Assembly: GCA_051362555.1 (NCBI GenBank)
Contig: CM120644.1
Location: forward strand, 6,580,954-6,644,953
Reading direction: 5' to 3'
From: Lingula anatina
Taxonomy: Eukaryota > Animalia > Brachiopoda
Length of the DNA: 64,000 bases
This document shows, piece after piece, positions 13,001 to 23,889 of this stretch. Below the pieces are notes generated by a model. That model was not told the DNA's origin and ran no database searches. It worked only from the letters and a program-made list of their open reading frames with translations. Each line of letters starts with the position of its first letter. Within the stretch, counting starts at the first letter, position 1. A program made the translations under genes and the position numbers.

Positions 13001-13334
13001 CAGTTGTAGCATCACGTCTCCTTTTTGCAGAAGAGATGATTGCCTTGGTTACGGAATCCAAATTTCATAGGGGATAAAGACAAAACTATTTTCTGTCTCC
13101 TTCTTGTCTCCTTTTTAAATTGCTTTTTGTCTTTTTCAAAGGTTCGGGTCGTTGCTGTCATGTTCGATTGGTCTATTAAAATAGTTCTGGCCAAAAATAA
13201 CTACAGATGCGTGTATGATTTCATTCATCTTTCTTGGCATTGACAATCGCGTGATTGGTTCTACCGTTGTTTTAAAGGCGGAAACGCGTATGTCATGCAA
13301 GCGCTATCATTCATGCACCCTGTATAACGATTAA

Positions 13335-13563
13335 AGCCTAGGTCCCAACTGCATTTTGAACGCACGGTTTTTAGGTTCCTTGCGTCCGGCCAGGACGTAG
13401 CTAGATCGCACGTAGCGGCTGTTGATCATGTCGAAAAGTTTATACGTGCTGTTTGCGTCCTCCAAAAGTCGCACGATGGACGTGCTCCTCACGCACGTTT
13501 TCCCCATTTTTTTTGGCCGTAGACCACACGTAGCAGCCCGTACGTTCGGTTGGGACCTAGGCT
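13335..13563. mobile_element. MITE with perfect 15-bp TIRs (PIF/Harbinger-like)
   Basis: AGCCTAGGTCCCAAC ... GTTGGGACCTAGGCT with TAA-like flanks; TSD not unambiguous. Confidence 0.7.
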
Positions 13564-13730
13564 AAAGGTGGCAATGTTCTTTCAAGGGGGAGAAAAATGC
13601 ATAAATTTTTCACTAGACAGTGACTCGGCAATAACTTTATGAAGCGACTTGTTTTTAAGAAGCATTATGTAAAATGCTAAACAATCACACGTGCGTGCTT
13701 ATCACGCAACCAACATGCAAACGGAGAACA

Positions 13731-13992
13731 CAGTGGCGGATTTAGGGGGGTGTCGGGGGGGGTGGGTCCTGACCCCTTAAGATTAATAAAAATAATTACA
13801 TCAATTGAAATAAGAATTTTGACTAGCGGAATCATTGTTCCAAACCGTACCAAATGGCACCGTTTTCCGTCTAAAATCAAAATTTTCGGGCCCCTTGAAG
13901 CGGGTCTCGAACCCCTCGCCAAAGAGAGGGGGTAGGGTCAGCTTCGCATCCGCGGACCCCTCCCCTTTCAAATAATCCTGGATCCGCCCCTA
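13731..13992. mobile_element. Short G/C-armed MITE (hAT-like)
   Basis: 'cagtggcggatttagggggg' ... 'cctggatccgcccct' imperfect terminal inverted repeats. Confidence 0.55.
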
Positions 13993-15061
13993 GACATGCG
14001 TTCGTGCCCCAGGGGTAAACTTTAAGACAAGCGTCGGCGTAGTCTACAAAACTGACGGCTTGACACTGTTTATAATTTAAACATTTTTTAGCACTTTTCT
14101 TTTATAGAACCTCATCATTTTCTTCACATCATGAACCATGATTGATGTAAGTATGGAAATATTGCTATTTCAAACTGGAATGGATTCTCTTTAAGACAAT
14201 TGCATTCCTCCTATTCGAATTATCAACAAATAAAGCAATAACGTTAGCTTTTTTCTTTAAGAAATGGTAAGTGGTCTTCTTAAAACAAGGTCAAAGAGCG
14301 GGCAAGTAATGTACAACAAAAACAATCTACTAGGTAACTTCTGTGTGCCATAATCTGAATTCGTCACTGGTACAAAATTTACATAGACAATATTATAATA
14401 CTAGATGCATAAATCTGCGTCGTTCGGAGTAAGCACACGTGCATTTTTATAGATAAGTAAATTATCAGTGTGACTAGGGTGGACATATACAGTGAAGTAC
14501 TAAAAAATTCAAAATTGGAGGTAGATTTTATAGGTCTATCAATAAATCATTAATAGCATAAAAAACAATACTCTTGATTAATTTTCATTTACGTTCTGTC
14601 ATCACTGTTTAGTAACTTTTTTCTTTCTTTACAATATTCAGCCACAAATTAAGCTTCTTACTTAATGTTAAACGTGAGAAGGAAACGCTGCAAAATTAGG
14701 AATGTGCCTACTAGAACTCGCAAAAAATAGCATGTTACATGTTATGCAATATCGTATATAAAATAATGAGATGAAAGATTAATGAAAACAACTCTTTTAG
14801 TATCATTTTACTCGAGAAAAATATGAATTCACTGATAAATCCAAGAGAAGATCTCTGTATAGAATGCTAATATGAATGCTAATATGAAGAAGCCCTTCAA
14901 GATATTGAAATGCTTTACAAGTACAAGTACTGACAAGGCAATTTGATTAGTGCATTATTTGGAAATGACTGATTGTGAATGTTATATATCCTGTGAAATA
15001 TATTCAAAGTATTTTAGTTTGAAGCTGGATTTTTAACAGATGTTGGAAAATTGCATCAGTT

Positions 15062-15168
15062 GCTCCGGTGGCACAATCGGTTAGCGCGCCGTACTTATAG
15101 ACAGTACTCCGCCCTGATAACAGGGTTGAGGCATGCGGAGGTTGTGAGTTCGAGCCTCACCCGGAGCA
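15062..15168 (+). tRNA. trnI-TAT: tRNA-Ile(TAT) with 33-nt intron (15100-15132)
   Basis: GCTCCGG/CCGGAGC acceptor stem, anticodon TAT at 15096-15098, intron at 37/38, T-arm GTGAG-TTCGAGC-CTCAC, downstream T5 terminator. Closely matches the conserved eukaryotic tRNA-Ile-TAT. Confidence 0.93.
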
Positions 15169-16199
15169 GTCGTTTTTATACCAATCTCGTCTTTGTCGCC
15201 AAGTCCTTACGCAGAAACACAAAGAGAAAAAAAGTAAGTTCATGTTATTTCAAAATACTGGACATGAAAAGCTACCACGATGATTTCCACGGTGAAACAA
15301 GTTTACGAATGCAAGTTACTTGCCGAATGCTTTTGGAGTCGATAATCAACACTGATGAAATTTCTGCAGCAACAGGCAGGTTGTTTTAACAATTAAAATT
15401 GTTCTTTGTTTTGTTGAAAAATTCACTGATTTGATATGTTTTGTACATTATATATGGCAATACAGGGATAGGCTACAGTTAAAACTGGAAATGCGCCTTA
15501 ATTGTGAAATATGTACAAGAACGGAAACTATGTGCAATGCAAGTAAAAATTATAAAAAAATAATATAACGAACAAATATGAGAAAAAAGTTTAAACCAAG
15601 TCGAGTCTGTAGCAGTTACGAACTTATCTATTTTCTGCTTTTGTATTTTTTTTTTGGCGATAACAATTTTCTTTCTGATTTCAAAACAGGCCTATCCTGT
15701 GGCGTGGCCATAGAAGAGAGCCTCGGCAGATTTGCCCTCTTTTTTATGTTCAAGAAAGTAAAGCAACCTCCATGGATCGTTTAAGTTTAAAAGACCGTTC
15801 AGGAGATAAAACTGTTTGTTGATCCTTAGCCTCGTTCATGTAGCAAGCATAACAGTCGTATTTATGTTAAACGTTGGATTTAAATTGCGGCAAGTGGTAA
15901 TTCAACGCCATTTATAAAACTTGCCCTAAAAACAGTTTTTTTATTAATGTATTTCATTGAGCAGTAAGTTACAAGGTAGTAAAAATAAAATGAAAAGAAA
16001 ATAAAACGTCGCGCAAATAAATGCGCTGTTTCTATTACATCGAGTTAAGTTTTAATATACCTAATACCGTTGAGAGAGAACGGTCGCTCCCTCTATAGGG
16101 GCAATAACAGGCTGCTGCGACAACTGTTTTATGAAAATAACTAGTAGCACCATTCATAAATTTTGAGGTACTTTAAGCATAAAAAGTAAAAAATAACAA

Positions 16200-16890
16200 C
16201 AAGTTGGGTTTATTTCATCTGTTGACGGCTATACATGCAGACACATCTGTGTCTGTACATAAAAAGTATTATGATGTTGGTGCAAAACTGTTAAAACCTC
16301 TGCACCAAGGAGATGTTGTAAGAGTTCACAGAGACACAGGTGATAAGATAAGTAACACAGGTGTTTAAAGAGTGATAAAGGTAGAATGTTAAATTAAAAT
16401 CCTCCAAATTCTCTTTTTTTTAAACTTGAAAAGAAAACTGTATTAAGAAAGAATTGAAGAGATTTACTTTTAACAAAAGAGCCATTTGAGTCAAAGCCTT
16501 AAGTAGATATTAATTTGGATCAAAGTCCTTCTCGTGCACAAGTTGATGTTATACCACAATCTGTATCTCTACCTAATATTAAGATTCGTAGTGGTAGAAA
16601 CATTGTTAAACCAAAGTGACTTTTTGTTCATATTGCAATTACAGTATAGAATACAAACAATGTGCGTTAAATCATTTAACAGTTTATTAAGATTTTTTTG
16701 TTTAAAAAAGGAAGATGTATCATAATGTCTTTACATGTATTACCCATTTGCGTTACGTAATAGAGACGCCTGACGACTACTCGCCATATTGGTGTCACTT
16801 TGTTACAGAAGAGCAATTCAGTCAACAGAGCAAAAAAATATATAAATAAAAGCAATTGAATATTAGAAAAAAGTAAGCCGATTCATCCGT
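16200..16890 (+). mobile_element. Degenerate Gypsy-like LTR retrotransposon 3' remnant (integrase C-terminus, PPT, partial 3' LTR)
   Basis: Translates as KKYYDVGAKLLKPLHQGDVVRV and IRSGRNIVKPK, typical of Gypsy integrase tails. Polypurine tract AAAAAAGGAAGA is followed by TGT at 16716, with AATAAA downstream. Right boundary approximate. Confidence 0.6.
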
Positions 16891-17414
16891 GAATAGTAAT
16901 TATTGTTGCTGGTAGTACGTGCGCGTAACTATGTTGCTAAAGCGAAAGCAAATAAAGGCACCATTTCTTATCAGCAGTCGCTTCCAAGAAGACCCTTTTT
17001 TAAAATGGATCAATATACGTGCTTCGTACCTGTTTCGCATCCGACACGGTCGTATACTATATTTTTCAAAGCAAACGTGGTTATGAAGAGACTTTGTTAA
17101 TGAGATGATCTCTACCTGGCTTGTGTAATTCATTATGTACTGGTACGTGAATTTGTTGCTGTCATTCATAAATTTAAAACAACAGCTTTCACGTAGAGGT
17201 ACCCCGAAAAGTTCATTTCTGTAACTGTTCTTTTAACAGACAAGTTATTATTGCTCATCCTCAATGGTCTCAAGATTACAATTTTGACGTTTTTGACAGG
17301 TTTTGAATTGATGGGGTTTTACTCTCATGATTATTAAAAAGTCTTAAGATGTCATCGATATAGTCGCCCACCTGCCATTGCAGTCAAACTCCTAAACGCA
17401 TATGAAAACGTGTG

Positions 17415-17560
17415 AACGTATTCGTTGAGTCACCACATAGAGCATCGCTATAACAACCAAGCGTATGTTGACTGTTGGTTGTTTAAAAAGGCCCATAGTT
17501 ACGCATCAACATAGGGGTATCTCCACAGAAGGTGCAAATTATCTGAGCAAATTAAAATCA
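17415..17560 (+). promoter_or_regulatory. Conserved promoter/5'UTR block of TRPV-A (paralogous to ~31095-31240)
   Basis: Clear non-coding similarity between paralogs ('atcgctataa.aaccaagcgta..tgttgactgttg.ttgtttaa..cccatagttacgcatca'), including a TATA-like motif. Confidence 0.55.
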
Positions 17561-17618
17561 TCAAAGCCAGATGCTCAATAAGCAATAAGTCGAGAGAAAG
17601 TTAAAAAAGAAAAACAAA

Positions 17619-20600
17619 ATGTCTGATGCCAATGCGAGCCAGCAGCAAACTCCAGAATGGTTGAAACTAGAAGAAGCATTCAAAGCCAAAAATCAAGACG
17701 ATTTAGAAATGTATATAGAGCAAAATCATGACCTGCTCGACTGTCGCAGTGATAGCGGGGAGACAGCACTACATCTTGCTGCTTATTACCGTTTAAAGGA
17801 CGGGCGAGAGGTAAGATCTCCATTTGCACAACCAACAATAAAAATCGGATGCAGACACACAAGTTGAATTAAAAAACTAACTTAGGTCACAGTTCGATTT
17901 CAACCACAGTTTTAATTATATTGCAATAAGATTTGAGATATGTTTTTGATAATGAAGTTCTTAATGAATACTAAAAACTTCATGACTCTATTTCTTATTT
18001 TGGCAAGCCCAAAAAAAAAATTAAATACCTAGGTCAAAGAATGCCATACCGGCTAGATAGGTAGATAGAAAATTTATTCCAACGTGAGCAGAAAGTACGA
18101 AGTATTTTACAAGCTCAGAATATACATAATATATCTGCACGTCCACGATACTGGGTAACAACATTGGGACATGGGCAACAATGCGCCGATCTTATGTGCA
18201 CGCTCTCCGTTTATGGCATACATCGTATTTTGCATCATATCCATTAAGGTTGGAAAATGTAACATTAAAAACATATAAAAATTATCAGGGAAGAGTACAC
18301 TTAACTTCACAGAGTTGGAAAAGCTCGCTGCGATCCTGAATCGGCGGTTAAACAGCGATGACATGAAGTCATTTTTCGTGAGTTACGCCAAAGAGTGGGG
18401 ACCAGATATAGCTAATTTAATTAATCTCATTTTATATTCATATGACCGGGTCATTACGTAATCAGTAGAAATTTCCACTCTTTACGCTAAGTCCCTGGGC
18501 TGAATCTGAATGGGGAAACGAAAGTGCAAGGTAGCTGTGGTTTCGTTGTCGTGCGAGTCTAGAAAAACGAGACAGAATTGGGTCATACCATCTGTGATTA
18601 CAGCTGACAGGATTTCCTTACACATTGTTGTTTTGTGAAAAGCAGACTGTAATTCAGATACCTAAATCACGAAATTGAACGATATTTATAGTTCACGTAC
18701 GTGTATGGGAAATAATACTTTCTACTGAAGTTGAAAAAGGATACGGTAGCAACGCACAACAATCCGTTTTCGTCACTCATCAAAATTTGCGACGAAGACC
18801 AATTTTTGTTTTTCTTTAATCAAAGGACGTGCCCTAAAAAATTCCCCTTGAGTGCAACCTGTGACAGCAACCGTCAAAATTCATTTAATTTGCGATAATC
18901 AGAAGTGCGTGCAACCCAGATAACAGCTACGCCAAATTCGTTTTTTTTTTTTCATTGCTTCAAACACAGTGAATCACGGACAGAAGGGAGGATATATTAA
19001 TCTCTGACCAAAGGTGTCGCTTGCAGTCTCTTACAGAAATATTGAATAGCGCTTCCTTCAATATTGTATACTTTTTGTAGACCCATCTTTAGTACTCAGG
19101 GGGCGCTAGTAGTCTGTTACAAAATAATTGTATCACTGAAACTTTAAATTTGTATACTATTTTATGAGCCCCTGATATCAGAGGGTAGAAGGGCATATAC
19201 AAGTTATTCACCTAATTCGAATTCTAGACGAAGACCTACCTCGAATATCCGAGTAAATTGCAAAGGTAAAAAATTGTTAAAAAAATTTATCCATGTCACT
19301 GTCATTTGTGTATTTAACACCTGGACATAATAACGAAGGGACTGGTGTCGCGGAGCGAGATCAAGGAATAATCGGCTTAGCGCGAGCTCTTCGTGAAACT
19401 GTCTGCGTTCGGATCACGTCACCTCCCCTGCCGGTAGAGCGCACATCGCGGTTGTCGATGATTTTTGTTTCATTTGGACAGGTAGATGGCGATGACGTGA
19501 GGCACTCCTTCGGGTGGATGATACAATAAATTTATAGAGATTAAGAATAAGTACAATTTGTTGTATCAATTTGGAAACTAGGTGAGAATTTAATATTTAT
19601 GTTCATGGAGGAATTCAAAATGCCCAATATGGTGAAGGCAATCTTGCTTGTTGCCGTAAAATGAGCATTCAAAATTATACAACTGTAGTGTAGAATACCT
19701 GTTTTTAGCTATGATCCGATAGGAAAATATTTCTAGTGTTAATTTTTTTTTTTTTTATGTAAGAATGTAGCCTGAGGTGCGGCAACAATGAAACCTTACA
19801 TCGTGTCTGGAATTAAAATGACGCAATTCCTCTCCGATTTTTTTAGGCTCGCTGACATTTTTTTACGGCTGGGAATTTTTATTTACCTTTCAAATAAAGA
19901 TGATATCAACTCTGCTGTTTAATATATATATAAATATAGATTAATGCTACTTGTTAAAGTTTGAACGATTTTGGGAATGATAATTTAATCTTTTTACTCT
20001 CACTATCGGCTCTCGTTGCAATATGGCACCACACATGCATTTGTGACACACAAATTCGCCCCTGTGGCCCTTTTAACATCCTTTCATCAAAATTGACATC
20101 AACACTACTGTGAAGTGTATATATATATATGTTCATGTCATCGGCTAAGATGTGCTCCAGTTTGAGAATGATAGTTAATATTTTTTACTTTCAATATCGG
20201 CTCCCGTTGCAAAATCGCATCACACATGCATCAGCCGCTACATTGCTGAAAAACCACCTCAACATAAATCATTCGAAAATCACGAAAGCTGCTAGGTACA
20301 TGTACCAATCGAAAAAACCTTTCAATATCCAATGTCTTCTACTTCATGTGCCATCACCGATAATATACAACGTAATTGGCAAATGAATCAAATATATCAG
20401 ATACTACACGCTGATTTACAGTCGTCGCGAATCGGTTTTCTAATAAAGTTTCAATGTTCAAGTTAAGTTTGTGATTTACGGTTATGTACAGATCCAATAT
20501 GGTACTGAGGTATACCTGTACATGTTCTTTATTACAGTACCTTCTGAGGCCCGTCGTGCCCTCTCAGGTACTTGAATTAGATAACAGCACAGATTGCCTG

Positions 20601-23600
20601 TATATTAGGTAAATATAATAAAAACTTATACAAATAGAGTACAATCTCTAGTTCTTCACAACCAGTATTTAAAATACAAACAAAGCTGATAAAATGACCA
20701 GTTTCAGCGACGCCATATTTGCTCCGTTACACTAAACTTGGGGCCATGTTTGATGGAAAGAACGGAGCGTTAATATAGTTAAACCAAATTAAATAAAAAA
20801 CTTCATATCGTGACTGTGTACACCAAAGGGAAAAGGATACATACAAGCAGAAGCTTCAGCTTATCAATGGGATCGACCTATATGAACTAGAGACAGTCTA
20901 AAGATGTAAAATTGATACCAAATGTAACTTAGCCCAACATCGTGGAATTGTCAGAAGCTATTTCAGATATCTTGTACTTTTTTATTTTGTTAATTAGGAA
21001 ATAACATAACTATAGTTTGAGAGAATTTAATGTGTAAACAACATAAGAATTTAGGAGAAATTTGAGCTAATCATCGTGGTCGACCCTTATGGACTCAAGG
21101 AAGAATGTATTTTTGCAAACTTAAAAAATTTTGAATATTCACCATTTATCTTTTTTTATTTATTATTTTTTTTTTAATTTTTAAGGCCGGAAAAAACAGT
21201 TGATTATGTTTTTGGTTCAGTAAAATATGATATTTAACAATATCTGAAAATAAAAAAAAAATCATTCTATTTTATGGTTTATAATCTCAAAAATGGTTGA
21301 AATTGAAACCTGGATTCCGCCATCTTGGGTGGAAATTTCTAAGTGCTATTACCATGGCAACAGAAGGTGATACAAATAAACCAATATCATTATGTTGATT
21401 TGGTTCTATAATGAACAAATACACCAATTTTAATCCAAATCTGAGAGGGTCATGTGCCACCCTGTTCTGAACCTTACTAAGACAGGTACTTATACCCCCG
21501 TCACACTTAATTGGAATCAGCAGGAATCAAGAAGAATGAAGCTGAATAAAGAATTTTAAAAATTCGCACCACATTTGGGGAAAAAGTTTAAATTGACCTT
21601 AATTATTGTAAGAGTACCGTTGGAATACTCAGAATGCGCTTGAATTCACCTGGAATGGTGAGTGCAGTTTCGGCTGTTTTAGCTCTCAAATGCAGTTCGA
21701 ATGTAGTTGGAAAACCAGGAATATCTATAATGCTTCAGAAGGCAGTAAGAATATTTAGAATATACTTTGAATGGCGTACTAGTGTAGTTCGATTGCTGGC
21801 AAAATTAATATTTCACCTCATCCGAGGCACATTTGAAACATTCTGGCGGGGTATAAAATCCCCGTCACACTAGAGGCGGAATGATTAAGAATGACGTCTG
21901 AAATACAAATCTTTGTGCATTCTAGGATATTCGAAGAGCATTCTAAAACATTCTAAAAATTCTCAGTGCATTTCAAATATTTTTACCCATTCTTGTGGCC
22001 GGCTCGAATGTTTTTGTCATGTCATGGATTTTATACCCCCGTCACACTAGAGGCAGAATGAACAAGAATGCCGTCGGAAAGACAATTCTTTGTGCATTCC
22101 TGGATATTCAAAGAGCATTAAAAAATCCGATTGCATTTCAAATAGTTTTACCCATTCTTGTGGTCGGCCTGAATGTTAAAAACTTTCGAAGTGCATTCCA
22201 AGTGGAAAATTATTGAATGGCATTTGAATAGTATTCTAACTTCACTATGACTGCATTTTAAATATTCTCACGGCATTCTGGCAACATTCGAAACATTCTG
22301 ATCACATTCGAGGGATATTCGAACTGGCACGTGACTTAAGGCCCCTGTCACACTTATTCGGAACCAGCAGGAATCAAGCAGAACCAGCCAGAATGAATTA
22401 ATTGAAAAATTCGTGCCATAATCGGGAGGGAATTTCAAGTTGCAGTCAGAATATTCCGAATGAAATTCAAATGCCGTACGAGTGTGGTTTGACTGCTGGC
22501 CGAATACAGGCTGAAGTATGTAAGGTGCCTCGAATGATATATGAAGCGAACTCCAATGCCATTCGATAATTTTCCACTTGGAATGCACTTCGAAAGTTTT
22601 TGACATGACAAAAACATTCGAGCCGGCCACAAGAATGGGTAAAAATATATGGAATGCACTCGGAATTTTTAGAATGCTCTTGGAATAACCTGGAATGCAC
22701 AAAGAATTGTATTTTTGAAGGCATTATTGTTCTTTCTGCCTCTAGGCCTCTAGTGTGACGGGGATATTACATGTAATTTGCATATATTTCTCTTGGCCTT
22801 TCATCCATACATAGCAACTTTTCATAAGGTTTTAACTTCATAAAGACAAAAGTGAATTAAAATTGCATATAGTACCTTTGTTTAATAAAAGTATGTAATA
22901 AGGGGATCATAAATCCACAACAAAAACATTTAAACCAAAATGACGGCAAGGGATTGAAGCCTATTCAATTGTCGTCAACTAAGCCAATTTTTAGGTAAAA
23001 GCTTTTTCCTATATGGCCCCATGCTGATTGCTATTTCATCGTAAAATAGAATGGTGTTAAAATGACACTAAATGCTCCGAAGTGTTTATGCTTACGCTTA
23101 ACATCGAGAAATATAAACGCCTACATTTTATATTTCTAAAGGGATTTTCATTGCTTTTGTTAGCAAAAAGGGAGATGCATTATTGAATAATTAGGTCCAC
23201 GAAAAAGCTTATTTTCGGAATTCTGATTATCATAAACCCTGTCAGAACCATTAAATTACAATTAGAATTACAATTTCAAACTGCTCAAGGATAAAAACTT
23301 CTAAAGAACCGTTTACAGACCTTAAAGTCAAAAGTCTACTAGGTACCAATAAGAATTTTAAAAAAAAGAAGCAGAGGAACTATCACATATTTTTTCGGAA
23401 TTTTCACCCCCCCCCCCCCCTTCCAACACACACTCAAAACCGAACTAATACGGTTCCTACGCACAATCTCCAGTTTACCGAAAATAAAGTGTCTCTTTTT
23501 GGTTTTGTTATTCCGTTTTTAAGTATATAATATTTCATCTACGCTGCACCTTTCGACTTAAAATTTAAATCTTTCCATTCTGAACTGTTCTGAGACGAAT

Positions 23601-23842
23601 GTAGAACACGGTTATAAATTAATCCTGTTAATTTTTTAATATTTCTGTTGATGTTATGGTTGTTGTTAGAATGGGGATCAGTTGTCATATAATAATAGTA
23701 CGCATTTACATTTGCAGGTTGCAAATAAGCTAATAGAGATTGCAGACTCGAAAACCAAATTTGTTGACATTGCGTGTAACAAGAACGGTTACGAAGGATT
23801 AACTGCCCTTCATGTAGCAATATTTAAGTACGTATATACAGT

Positions 23843-23889
<47 letters not shown>

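Noticed and set aside
19293-19529. GC-rich 78-aa ORF in TRPV-A intron 1
   Set aside because: No recognisable domain, absent from paralog B, and not needed for an in-frame transcript.
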